64,000 nucleotides of DNA, from the NCBI GenBank assembly GCA_964270895.1, contig OZ185436.1; one strand, given 5' to 3'. Both the position numbers and the translations under genes were made by a program. The notes below the pieces were generated by a model, which ran no database searches, was not told where the DNA came from, and saw nothing but the letters and a program-made list of their open reading frames with translations. Positions 39,876-52,725 of the stretch are shown one piece after another (the stretch's first letter is position 1; every line of letters starts with the position of its first letter). Source of the DNA: Podarcis filfolensis (lineage: Eukaryota).

Positions 39876-41327
39876 AATTATGTGTGTAGAATGTATTAAT
39901 TTTGCCTGCTTTCTGGGACAATTGCTTCTTGTGTTCACGGTTGCTTCTTGTGTTCCTTTTACACTGGTACAAAAATCACAACAATAAAAATAGGCTGCCT
40001 CAGGAAGGGAGAGAGAGAGAGAAGAAAAACGGGAGGAAATGCTTCATAATCAATCAAAACAGCCTCTGCCTTGATATATGCAAAAGGAGAAAGCTAAATT
40101 CCTGTGATTTTCAGTACTCAACCAACCACATCTGTGTGTCAAAAAGCATCTGCAAAGCAACTGGTAGCTATATACCAATCTGTGAAATAGCACACTTATC
40201 AAAGATGCTTCCAGTGCCGCTGACGCAGCAGTTAGTAATTGCTTTACTTAGCAGGAGAGCTGAAAAGGCTGCACTAAGACAGCAGCACTAGGTGAGATTG
40301 AACTAGATGTTCCAGCTCAAAGTGTTGTCATCTCTGCAAGCAACACCCCACCCAACTGTACCTGACAACTGCCCAGTTTGTTTATATTTGAAAAGGAAGC
40401 TAGAGATGGATTGGAGAATTTGGTGCAGAAAAAGTGGGGAGGAAAGGGGTAAATACCCCTATTCACCTGCTGCATCTCCAGTCAAACTTTACTGATCACA
40501 AACTGACTAACAAGGCTGTATTAAATGCAACTGTCTGTGATGTGTTGTTTACCTTGATAAGGCTTCCAGAAGGAAAAAAATACTGGCCCCTCAACCCACC
40601 TCCTGCAAGCCTATTAACTTCATTCATTCTTCATTCTATTGATTTAGTATCTTAAAATGGCACAACTGCAATGAACACAATACAGACATCTTTTGCATGA
40701 CTGGCAACTCACTCCTATAAATGTTTACTTGGAAGGATCATTGAGTTCAACAGGACTTACTGCCAGGTCAGTATGCATTAAGACTGCAACCTAAACCAGT
40801 CTTTAAAACATAATCAAGGCTTTAGGTTTCTGTGCAACCCCATTTGTAGTCCAAAGATGAGAAACTGTGTGACTTATGAAAAAATGCAGGAATTGTCCAA
40901 TAAATTAAGTCACTATTTACAAAAAAAAAAGTATCCACAGAAAATCATACCTACTAAGCAGTGTTTTTTTTCTTTTTTTAAAAAAAAGTTTAGGGGTACT
41001 CTCAGTTTCCTACTCATATTGAAATACTGCCCCTTAATGAGGCCAAACTTAGATTCACAAAATGTTTAGGGGTAGGCGTTTCCCTGCGTATCCCCAGGAA
41101 AAAAGCACTGCTACTAACCATGATATACAGTTGTATGTAAGAGGGTTCCATAACTCTGAAAGCAAAATTAAACCCATCCTAGTCCCAGTGATTTTAAAGG
41201 CCTGGCTTCCTGCTACAGCTTCCCCATCCTATAATCACTAACCAACAGAAATCAATTTTATAGGGGCTGAACTTTTACAGGGGGAACTTCCAGAAAACAG
41301 AGCTAATAAAGAATGCCCCCCCACCTT

Positions 41328-41359
41328 CACACGCACGCGCACACACACACACACACACA
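41328..41359. repeat. (CA)n / (CG) compound microsatellite
   Basis: Direct reading. Confidence 0.9.
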
Positions 41360-42644
41360 TTCAGAAACTAGACAGCACAACACCTCTGTTATCTGAGAGC
41401 AGGTCTTCCAATCAAGACACTGAGCTGTCAATTATAACCGGCAAAACGTTCCTCCAGCAACCCAGCCCAAGGCAAAAGGACAACCCTTCCAGTTCATTAA
41501 GAAATACTTCTTGTGTGATTTGATGCCTCACTAGATCCCATTTAGATGTTCTTTGTCCTTTGGCTCCTGGAAAAGACCAAAAGGTCTGAGCACGTGCATG
41601 CGTACAGGTCTTTCTTCCCTGCTTTGCAAGCAAGAAATGTAGGAAAGTCTGCCCACAGTGAGTGTAGATGTTTTCTCTGCAGTTCTAGGCTTCTTTCCCT
41701 TTGCTGTCTTAAAAAAATTGCAGCCAACACAGCACACCTTCAACATCAGCCCTCTCAATCAAGGCAACAGCATCTAGGGTGCTTTTTGGTGCTGTGCTGA
41801 AAAGGGCCATGGGACAGGCACGTGAATAAACAAGAAGCCTCAGGGCCCTGGCTAGTCACTCTTTGTCTTTCTCAGAATTAAAATAGCAACTTGAGAGGGA
41901 GGAGGGTGGCCTGAAGGCAACAAGGATCACTGGTGCTCAAAATTGTTTTCATTCACTGGTACCTTATGCCTGAAGCAGAAGCAAACACATAAAGACATTG
42001 GATTTTTGTACAGGAGGGGGGGGAGGGAGTTTAGCTGGAGGGTACAATACTGATGCTTTACACAATAGATATTATACTAGAAAGAGCAAACCGCTCTGAG
42101 TAAACAGACTTAACATTTTATAACCTTAGCGCATGTCGGCATCAAGATATTCACACAAAACAGTGTTAGCCTGTGTGGGTCCACATATTTACACATCGCC
42201 CCCAAGCTGAAGGCCGCAGCACAAGTCTCTTCAGGGCCTCCTTTTACAAACAATGCTGCTACTTCTAAGCGTACAGGCAAAAAGACTTCCGGCCTACTGC
42301 AGTGCAATGTACTGTACTGACAGAGACTGCTTTGCAGCTCCTTCCTGAAAACTGAATGCATCTTAGAATTTGAACTCATTGCCTCGTCATGGCCGCACTA
42401 TTGTTTTCACCTTGCTGTACTTCCCCACATAAAGCTGTATACATTAACATAGCTAATATCAGGCTACTGAGAGCTGGAGGCCAACCATTAACTGATTTTG
42501 TTAAAATTAAAATTAAATATTGTCCCTCAACTAAGAATCACAGGACAGTTTACAGTATAAAAACGCAAAAATACACAACGTAATAACAAACAAAACAATA
42601 GCCATCCCCCCATACAGATTATTATTAACATGAAAAGCACACAT

Positions 42645-43080
42645 TGTAAAACACCTCTCAATTTTCACGGGCAAGCTAAAGGTTGTGGCTTGGGAGCAAA
42701 CCAGAGGGAAAACCTAGCCTCAGTTCAACGTTGGGATCACGGTATCCCTTTAAAGGGATCCTGGGGGCAGTGCTTTGTCCTGATGTCCAAAAAGGGACTG
42801 ATGGGCCATAGCTCCCCAAAATGGTGGTCTTAAGGGTGGGGCCACCCTGATTTGATGTACATGATAGGGTGACCCTTAACCTTGTCAAGCTTCTGTCAGC
42901 AATTGGGCTGGTCGATGTTAGGATACACACTCAATGCTGATGCCAAAACCTGCTAACAGCTGTAATCAATAAAGTTGTGGCCTGTAAAATCCCAAAACTG
43001 TTGTCTTGTGGTTTGTTGCAACTAATATCATAACTGCCTCGTCCCACCCATATCCGCACTGGGTCTGGGCCAGCAAAACA
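42645..43080 (+). mobile_element. Probable solo LTR
   Basis: TG...CA termini (tgtaaaac...gcaaaaca), AATAAA at 42968-42973 followed by a GT-rich segment; homologous to 23098-23658. Confidence 0.6.
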
Positions 43081-44385
43081 TGTCTAGGGCTGAAGCTTCC
43101 AGTTTACAGATTATCTCTTCCTCATGCTCATTTACCATATAGAGTTCTTCCAGTTATAAATTCAGGGATAATTATTCCCTTAGAGAATTGTTTTCAGCTT
43201 TGAAATTTTATTGGAAGGCTACAGGTAAAGTTCATAACATTGTCTATTGTCTTATTTTTAATATTGCATTGTTATGTTGTTATGTACTCAGTAGTATCTT
43301 GGGAAGAGCCAATCTTGGCTGCCATCCAAACAACAGCTTCTGAGGAAGTACTGAAAGAACAATATATGCCAGAGATTTTAAACAAGATTATCTATACTAC
43401 TGGATAACAACATTAACTGTATTTCTGCATGAAATTTGTACAGTAAATCTATGGATGCATGGGATGCACAGGCAAACTGTGTTATCCAGCATCCTGCTAA
43501 AAAAATCATTTTGTGCAAAATGTGCAAAAGAACCTCACAAAAATAATAAAAAATAGAGAGCAGGGAAGAGTTCTTTCTCTATAGGTTGCATTAAAATGCA
43601 AGTTTTTCTTTTGGCTATTAACTGAACTTTGGTCAGATCACACAGAGAGGCCCCTGATAACAACAAAAATCTGTTCACATACGACTGAATTAGAAATCTC
43701 TCAAAGTTGCCCAAGCATACAAACAAGTTCCTATCTCCCAATGGATTTGTATTTGTAATTTGAATCAAACAGAGAATGTAATTCACTATGTACTAAAATA
43801 TCCCTCATATGATTGGTCAAGGGGAAATACTTGAGAAATAACCTAGCTTAAACAACCTATTTTGATTAATAAATCATCTGCTTATTAGAGGGTTTGTCAA
43901 TAATTGTCAGTGCTGCATGCCTTAGCAGCAAGGAAATGTCAAGTGGAAGAAATAGAAAAGATCAGGGCAGTTAATGTAGGGGACTCCTAAGCAGATAAGA
44001 AATCTGTTTGGTTCAGTTTAAATTGAGATGTTATTGTTCTAGATCTCCCTCCCTTGTTCACACACGGTTATATTTTAGTATGTTTCCCCTATAATGTAAT
44101 TTCTGTGATGAAACTTTTATACTGAACCTTTATCTACTTTTATCAACGGCTAGTATAATATGACTGATGAATGAATGACAGGTTGCCGTGCATAATTTTT
44201 GCTCCCTGAAACATCCAAAATCTGGAGAAGTGAGTATTCTGACTGGGAGTTGTGTTCCAATCCACAAACAAATTTGGGAATGTCAGATCAAGCTGGTCAC
44301 CTGCAAAAAGTGGAACAAACAAATTCCTTCTCCATCCCCAGCTGACACATCACCAAAAACCTCCGATGACCTGCTAGTAGTTTCA

Positions 44386-44388
<3 letters not shown>

Positions 44389-44432
<44 letters not shown>
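44389..44432. repeat. (AT)22 microsatellite
   Basis: Direct reading. Confidence 0.97.
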
Positions 44433-44434
<2 letters not shown>

Positions 44435-44444
44435 AATAGCATGA

Positions 44445-44725
44445 TGTAAAGAATAGAATCCTGTGGGTCCTCATAAGGCAGTGGCCCCACACCTACCTTC
44501 TGGAAACACCCAGTCAAAGCACAGTACTTCCTGACCCTAAACCAGTCAGAAATCCAAGGAGGATGTCATAGCCAATGGTATCAAAGGCCAGAAAAGCCAA
44601 CAGGGATGCAGTCTCTTTGTCTGGCTCATGGTAGAGGTCTTCCACCAAAGTAAGGCTGCTTCGGTCCCAAGCTAGCCCTGAATCGGATTGGAAAAGATCT
44701 AAATAATGTATCATCAATATCATTA
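44445..44725 (-). mobile_element. L2-clade LINE reverse-transcriptase fragment
   Basis: YLDLFQSDSGLAWDRSSLTLVEDLYHEPDKETASLLAFLAFDTIGYDILLGFL resembles the RT motifs YLDPFQSGFR...LLDLSAAFDTIDH. Confidence 0.8.
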
Positions 44726-44894
44726 AATTTCTTTATTGCTTTCCAAATTGTTCAGGCCTATAAAGGCTGATTGTTAGGTTAGCTTTACCTAAGCAGAACT
44801 TGTGTTGACTTATAATAAATCTTATTTTAAGTAAGGTAAAAATCACAATGATACAGGCATCCAAATCTGTGTCACGACTAACAGGTGCTTTGTG

Positions 44895-45068
44895 TATACA
44901 CTATACTTTTAAAGCAAATTTGAAACACATTTCCCCTCTCAAAGAATTATGAGCACTGTAATTTGTTAAAGGTTGCTGGGAATTGTAACTCTATGAGGGG
45001 TAAACTACAGCCCTCAGAATTCTTTGAGGTGGGAAATGTGCTTTGAAGGTATACTGTGCACGCAGCCA
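44895..45068. mobile_element. Palindromic MITE related to 54239-54531
   Basis: atacactatacttttaaagca ... tgctttgaaggtatactgtgca inverted ends; gggaattgtaactct core. Confidence 0.6.
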
Positions 45069-45764
45069 TTCTTTATACACAATACAACCAAGCCGTACAC
45101 CCGTCCCTCCTGAGATCGAAACCTACATATGCTTACGTAACATGAGAACTGGGTCTAAAAAGATTATGTCAGGGGAAACCTATTAATTTGTGTACCAGCT
45201 GCCTCACTTGGGCAAGCTGCTTTAGTAAACCCAGGAGTGCCACCATTTTCAGTCTCCTGCAGAGCTTCTTAATGTACTCTGTGTGACATTTCCAAGGATT
45301 ACAGCCAGCCACTCTGTAGTGGAAATTATTGCATCATATGGACAAACCACACAGCATCTTCTTGTTAAGAATGATTCCTCTCCCAATATGCACATGATAA
45401 TATGCAAACAAAACTGCAAGGTGGACAAAAACACTGCCTACGTCTGCTACCTGTGTCTATCCTCATTCTCGCCCTCTTTAAAAAGGCTTCCCTCAGGTAA
45501 TATATTTTATAAATCCTGATTCTTTCTGCAAGGTTGAATTATGTACAGTGACAAGAACTTCTGCTTTATCAGGACAGTGTTTCTAGTAGCTGCCTGGTAG
45601 TGACTATTAAATTGGAAGAGCTCTGTAGCTGACTATGATGCAGAGGCCAGAACCGTGACTGATGCAAGCAGTGTCTGCGCCACTCTGATAAGAACATTAG
45701 ATGTTCCTGAATAATCTCGTCTTTGCTCAACATTAAAGCTGGTATGTTTACTGTTTCTGGCTTG

Positions 45765-45767
<3 letters not shown>

Positions 45768-45819
<52 letters not shown>
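45768..45819. repeat. (GA)26 microsatellite
   Basis: Direct reading. Confidence 0.97.
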
Positions 45820-45822
<3 letters not shown>

Positions 45823-46454
45823 CCATTCATCATATCCATTAGAAGTGAAGGAATTGCCAAGAAACAGGGTAGGAGAACATTTCTTTCTACTATCCACTGT
45901 GCTTCTCTCTGCACATATGCATTGTTGTGGCAGAAAGCCAATGGTAAATTACTTGTCAAACTAGAAGTTACTCATCCTAGTCTTGGGAGGTGAAGGGGTT
46001 CAAGCTTAATTTCTTTAATTTTGTTTATACAAGGAGGGAAACTTCAGCTTGGACTTACTTAAAATACCCGCTCTGTGACCCAAGGTTATGGACACACTCT
46101 AAAACCAGAAAGAGACATCCTTTGAAAATGCACCAGAAATTGGAAGAAAAAAGACGCACTACTATTAATTCCCCATAGCAGCAGCAAGGCACTAGGAGAT
46201 TATGCCTCCTCATTGCAGCATTTCTAACTGAGGTGCCTATAAAAGTTTTGTTTTCTGGAAGCACAGAGTGCAAGGACTTAAACAATCAATTTTATTAGAT
46301 GACCCCAAGTTTTAGTCTTTTGACAGAGGGAGAAATCTGCTCCCAATCAACTTTATTCACACTCTTTCCCCCCCTAAACAGCCTCAGGCAAACACATTAG
46401 CCTTTCGTCAGAAACAAGGTGCTCTTTTTATGATGGGGCAGAGAGATCTGCACT

Positions 46455-46760
46455 CAGTATTTATTTATTTGTCATTTATTATTCAAGATTTATTCCGCTC
46501 TCTTCAAGTATCAGGGCATCTTATCATAAAATATTAAAAACAATATGAAGTAAATAATACATAAAATATGTTAAAAATAGCAAATCTATAAAAGCAACAT
46601 AAAATATAATCCAAGCAAAAGAGATCGCCAGGAATATAAAAGGTCTTTGCCTGGTGACAGAAAGACATCACTGTGGGTGCCAGGTGATCTTCTGGGAGTG
46701 TGTTCCAAAGCCAGGGATCCACCACGGAAAACGCCCACTGTCCACCAATGACCCACCAGA
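46455..46760 (-). mobile_element. L2-clade LINE 3' end
   Basis: Minus-strand peptide WAFSVVDPWLWNTLP...APTVMSFCHQAKT; (ttta)n-like tail near 46460. Confidence 0.75.
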
Positions 46761-47309
46761 GCCCAAATGCCCAAGTACAGACAGACTCATGTGGAGATAG
46801 ACAATCATTCACAGTATAGAGCCACTCCATGTATGTGCATATTCAGAAGAGATGGCAATTATAGGAGATTTAGAACTCTTGGGGGATGCAGTAGGGAGAA
46901 AAAGACCAATGAACAGAGCAAGGGCCATGCACACAGCGATGACTCTACAAAGCACTTCAAATGCCACAGTTACTTTGTTTCATCTGTCACTACAGTCTTA
47001 TCCATTTACAACCTCTTGTTGCTGCACAAGAATTATCATGCTGGTTAATGAAATTAGGAATGCGAACCATGCCATCTTCATGCCTTAGCACTGCACTTGT
47101 CTGAGTTTTTACATTACATATATTGTTTTATTTAAGCCTTCTACGCCCATCTAAACAAAGACTAACAACAGCAGTGAAAGAGTTGATTCAGCTTGCAAGA
47201 TCACCTCATATATGTCCACTTGACCGCTTTGATCTGTGTAACTGGCACTGTTACAGATGCCACATAATACTCATTCTATGCTTGTAAGAAATTGAAATTG
47301 ATTTTGAGA

Positions 47310-47515
47310 GTAGCAGCATCCACACTTTGGAACTCCCTGCCTTTTGACATCCAGACCTTTAGAATGTTGGCATGTGTTTTAATCTGGATTTTAAGCTTAT
47401 TGTGGATTTTAACTATTTTTGAATGTTTTAAATGATAATTTTATTTCTTTTTTGTAATAAACTTAAATGCAATACAATCAAGTGGTATATAAATCTTGTG
47501 AAATATGTAACATAC
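47310..47515 (+). mobile_element. L2-clade LINE 3' end fragment
   Basis: gtagcagcatccacactttggaactccctgcc (V-A-A-x-x-L-W-N-S-L-P motif), then an AT-rich 3' UTR and tail. Confidence 0.55.
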
Positions 47516-47583
47516 ATAAATAAATAAGATGAACACACTGGCTTCATATGGAAATTTGTAGTACAAACCTACATCCTTTAGGC

Positions 47584-47891
47584 CAGGAGTCAGCAAACCT
47601 TTTTCAGCTGTGGGCCGGTCCAGCATCCCTCAGACAATGTGGTGGGCCACTTTTGGGGGGGAAATGAACAAATTCCCACAAATAACCCAGAGATGCATTT
47701 TAAATAAAAGCACACATTCCACTCATGTAAAAACACCAGGCAGGCCCCACAAATAACCCAGAGATGCATTTTAAATAAAAGGACACATTCTACTCATGTA
47801 AAAACACGCTGATTCCTAGACCGTCCACGGGCTGGATTGAGAAGGTGATTGGGCTGCATCCGGCCCCCAGGCCTTAGGTTGCCTACCCCTG
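47584..47891. mobile_element. hAT MITE with internal 71-bp tandem duplication
   Basis: TIRs caggagtcagcaaac / gttgcctacccctg; perfect 8-bp TSD ctttaggc (47576-47583, 47892-47899); repeat units start at 47675 and 47746. Confidence 0.92.
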
Positions 47892-50800
47892 CTTTAGGCT
47901 ATTTTTGATTCAAAATAGTCACAGGACCTATAAAAGTGACATTTCAAAATCAAAGCTTAAAATTTATTGTTTTTATAGTCCACTTAACACAGCAGCTCCT
48001 TTGAAATAAAGGCAGGTGTCTCAGACATGACTAGTGAATACAACTGGAAATGTCATCTGTTTTAGTCTAAGATGCCTAATATAATTCCCGATTTTCTGTT
48101 CTCTTATAGCTTTGCTCATTAACACAACTACTTCTGCTGGCTCAACATACTTAATCTCTGCCTGTTTTTTTGAAAGCTTGAAGAAAAACAGCTCAGTTTC
48201 GCAGACAAGAAGTAAGGAAAATAAATAGTTCTCTTAATACAATGCCAGAGATGCTTTTAAATCAGTCTAGTGCCCTGGACATGGAGGCACAGGGTAAGAC
48301 AATTGCCTCTACCTGTAGAATGTATTAATATCTCATTCCTTCTTAATGAAAATATGCTGAGAGTAATAGCTTAACCGAGACTGAATAATGATTTTCAGTG
48401 AGAATTCTGGGGAACAAGCTACAGATACATACAACTGCATGTAACAATACTTCAGCAGCTTCTTCTTGTAATGAAAAGCGATTATGGAAAAGGTTTTTCC
48501 CCTTATATCCCAAGAAAAAATTATTTACAATGATCAGACTACTTCCTCCTTTCAGGTTGCTGGAACCAATCTGTCTTAATGAGCCATTAGACACCCTACC
48601 AGGCTTTGCCCCTCAAATGTTTTCAGCCAAGATGGGTCAGGGCTGGCACACAAGTGGTATGTATCTCCACATAATGTGGAGTGGGGGAACAGATGCATTG
48701 TCTAACATTATTCTGCTGCCATTCCCCACTGCAGTTAATTTCCCTGCTATGGGGCTCCAGAATGCTGGAGTTTTGTATGTACATTTTCATGTAATGTGCC
48801 CTTTAGAGTATTTTCTTTCTTCCCCAGTGTTTTAAATGAAACATTTCAAGTTACAAACTGTCAAGATTTGCAAAAGCAATACAAACAAATCACTGAAGAG
48901 CTACAGTATGTTGGGGGGAAACAAGGAACTTTATCCAGGATTTGAGAATGCAAATAACATGCCCAAAATATAGTAAGCTTTCTTTGCATTTGTAGAAATC
49001 AAATTTCATTTCTTAGCATTTTAAGTTATATTGCAGTATGCGTCTGGAGCTCTTTATTTTTTTGCACCTCAGAACACTAGAAATACTGGACGGTGGATTT
49101 ACAGTGCAAGCAGCTATTTGCAGATCCAAGTATGTATATGGGTATGCCTTGCAGAAACTCTGATTCACACCATTCTACACCAATGTACTTAGTTTGCAGA
49201 GGTGCAATGACTAGAGTGTCTAAATGGTGAGTAGATACGTGTATCACTGGCTCACCTGTGAATCCGTCGCTATGGAGTCAGCCTTAAAACAGCTGAACAT
49301 ATTGCGGTTTGTCAGTTAAAGCCACCTAGGTTTCAGTTTTCAAGTCACTAGTGCCAATGGTTGACATCAGGGGTTCTGCTGATACAAATATGAATTTGCT
49401 TTTAATTAGAAACAACTGGGATAATTTTAAGGGCAGATATCACAAATGCACGCTTCAACAGCTGCCTAAAACTATGCATTTGGAATCTTGGCACATCTGG
49501 CTATCCTTGTTCAAGGCTCTTCCCGCTGCCCTTGGCAAAGCAGCAATTGCAAAGACGAAAGCATGCTGTTTTTAATACATCCAAAGTTGTTGCCTTTGCT
49601 ACCTGCTGCTTTAATTACTTTTCACCCCCATGTTCTCTCTCCCACACAGAAAGCCACACGCCTACATCCTTTGAAGAAAGCGTAATGTTTCAATCTGAAA
49701 CGCCCATACTGTTTATCATACCTCTTAAACGTTGCAGAACTCCTGCTTAGTCTTGCTCACTCCTTATATCGGAGGCAGAACATGTGGATGACACAATCTA
49801 AAGAGGACTGTCGGTAGAACTAATTGCCTTATTCGTTGTGAATAATGTATCCAACACATTTTTATTAGCACTTGCTTCATCTTTTTGTTTAGTTAAAACA
49901 CTCCTTTCATTATTCTTCCCCACTCTGCAAATGAGAGGAGGGAACCAGAGCAGGAGAGGAAGAAGCAATTGGAACTGTTTGCACATAAAGCAACCTTAGA
50001 TGTTATCAAAGGTTCTGAACAATTGTACACTGTGTTAGTGGGGATAACTTGTTATTTCTCTTTAATAGAATGATAGCAGAATCCTATACTTCTCTATTTA
50101 GAAATAAGTCCTGCTCTGCTGAAACTTACTGCCAAGTATCTGGGTGTATGGCATTGCAGTCAGAGAAATGAAGTTGAGAAATATGCCATTATGTAAAAGG
50201 TTTGTTAGCCTGCAGTTCCTTCTCAATAAAAGAGATGATGAAAATGAGGGGACAGAAAATAAATACCGAATTAGAGAAGACTTAAAAGAACAGGTATATT
50301 TAGAAGTCAGATACTGCAGCAGATATAAAAAGAAAACCAGATGCTTATTTATTTCTTGAATAAAAGAGTAAGAAGATGAAAATGCAACAAGATGAAATCT
50401 CAATTAGCGGATATTGCCCTCTGGAATTCAAAGCCGCATGGGAAAAGGGTTTAGTATAACTTACAAAACCATTCACAAACATTTTCAGACTGGTTTATAG
50501 TTTATAATTACAGCACCGGTAAGGCAAACTATGTCTTACCAAGATGGTGTGAATGGGCGAGCTCCTGCAGAGGAGCTCACTTCAACTTTGCTCATCCTGA
50601 CCATTTTTTGCTGCCATGCTGAACTAAGCCAAGGGTTGGCTTAATGTGTTGTCCACACCCAGGCTCATGGTAGTCTCCTCATTACCTATGGGCAGCAGTC
50701 AAGAAAAAACTTTTAACAAAATGTTTGATAAAGGATGTAAAGAGGGTATAATCAATTTGAAGCAGGGTAGGGCATTATCAAGGTACGCTTAGGCCATAAA

Positions 50801-51772
50801 CCATGCTTTTTAAGGGGATAAAATTCTGCCCACATATATAACATTCTCCTTTGCTGCATTATGTCGGAGTAGGTTAATTCTGAATATAAACAAAAAATAA
50901 TTACTGGCCAAAGGTCAAATCAAGAGGACAATAGTTTGGATCTAAGCTGCTCCTCCATTCACACAAGGAAATGAGTGATTTCCACCAACCAACCCCCTCT
51001 TATCTACAGCCCCACCCCCATAACATCCTTTCCTGAGAGTTCCCTAACCCCCAGCAGCAGATTTCTGTGGAGCACAATGTGCTACAAAGCGAAGCGGGAG
51101 GCAGAAAAGCCATTTTGTAAAAGTGAATGGTATTCCATTTACAGAAGGAAAGAGATGTTCCAAACCCATATGAATGAATAAAGAGTTATACAACAACACT
51201 TTCAGTTGCATAAAAACCTATCATCGCTGTAGTCAACTGCTATAACACAGAGAAACACAAAAACCCGGCCTAACATCAAAGTTGATGTTTAATCCTTGAA
51301 ACAAATTTTAACAAGCATGTTTCACATTATTTTTATTATTATTTTAATCACACAAAAAGTGATCTGAAATCAATTTTATAAGAAATTCAGAAAAAATATG
51401 CAACTATAGGAATATATGGTTAAAAGAGATCAGGTTCATTCATACTGTTGTTTAATGTGGGTAGCAAGCTTCCTAAATCTCCATTAATTCTCCATTGCCC
51501 ATATGACATTCTGCCTCTGGACAATGGAGAATTAACGAAGGTACAGAAAGCTGACTAGCCATATTAAACAACAGTATGGGTGGCACCCCTGTTTCTTCTG
51601 CTGTTGATGTGGTTTTTATGACTATGTGTGCTGCTTTTGGGTTTCTCCCCCAATTTTATTGTACTTTCCTTCTAAACCAGCTTACATTGATTTTATTATA
51701 GAAAAACAGGATATAAACATTCAGATAAAATTTAAAAGCCCTCTTTATACTGAACCAAAAATGTCACTTTTT

Positions 51773-52381
51773 TTTTTGCAAGAATACTTATTGCAAAGTA
51801 TTGGAAGACACAAGATTTACCCACCCTGGAAGAGTGGCAGATGAAGGTGATGGACTATATGGAATTGGCGGAAATGACTGGCAGAATCCGAGACCAGGGA
51901 GAAGAGTTGGTGGAAGAAGATTGGAAGAAATTTAAAGACTATTTGCAGAAATATTGTAAAATTAATGAATGTTAAAATGATGCTGGATTGAAATTAAGTG
52001 GCATTAGCAACAAGGTTAATAAGAATATGTAAAAATGGATTGATAATGGATGAAAAAATATAGCTATAATATGTTAAGATATAGAGTTAAGATAAAGGAA
52101 AGAGGGTAAGGATTTGCTGAATTGATTATGTAAATGGGAATACAAAAAGGGGAGGTGTGAGGAGGTAAAGGAAACAAGCAAATGAGTCTAAAGATACCAA
52201 AAAATGGATTTGTTTTTAATTTTTCCTTATCTACTTGTTTTTTGTATCTTGTATTTTTTTTCTTTTTTCTTCTCTACGTATTTTTGTATTTTTTCTTATT
52301 TCTTTCTTTTTTATGCTTTTTTTATTCTGTAAACCTCTGCTTTTTTGTAAAACCTTAATAAATATTATATAAAAAACAAAA
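51773..52381 (+). mobile_element. Short 5'-truncated L1 (ORF2 end and 3' UTR), same family as 21625-22725
   Basis: gcaagaatacttattgcaaagtattggaagac...gactggcagaatccgagaccagggagaagag aligns to 22210-22400; perfect 17-bp TSD caaaaatgtcacttttt (51756-51772, 52382-52398). Confidence 0.93.
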
Positions 52382-52471
52382 CAAAAATGTCACTTTTTGT
52401 TCTCTTCCTTTTTTACATTCTGTGGCTGCATCTAAGGCTGATGTTTCATTCACTAACTAGTATGGCTAGCT

Positions 52472-52725
52472 ATAGAATCATAGAGTTGGAAGGGCCCCGG
52501 GGGTCATTAGTCCAACCCCCCGCAATGCAGGAATCTCAACTAAATCCTCCATGACAGGTGGCCATCCAACCTCTGCTTAAAAACCTCCAAGGAAGGAGAG
52601 TCCACCACCACTCAGAGGAGTCTGTTCCACTGTCAAACAGCTCTTGCTGTCAGAATGCTCTTCCTGATATTTAGTCAGAATATCCTTTCCTGTAACTTGA
52701 ACCTATTGGTTCGGGTCCTAGCCTC
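52472..52725 (-). mobile_element. CR1 LINE 3' end
   Basis: atagaatcatagagttggaaggg...tagtccaacccc...ccatccaacctctgcttaaaaacctccaaggaaggagagtccaccacc is the reverse complement of the CR1 3' end with its (attctatg) tail. Confidence 0.9.

Noticed and set aside
44188-45993. ORFs with IYIYIY, RERERE and SLSLSL runs
   Set aside because: Translations of (AT)n and (GA)n microsatellites.
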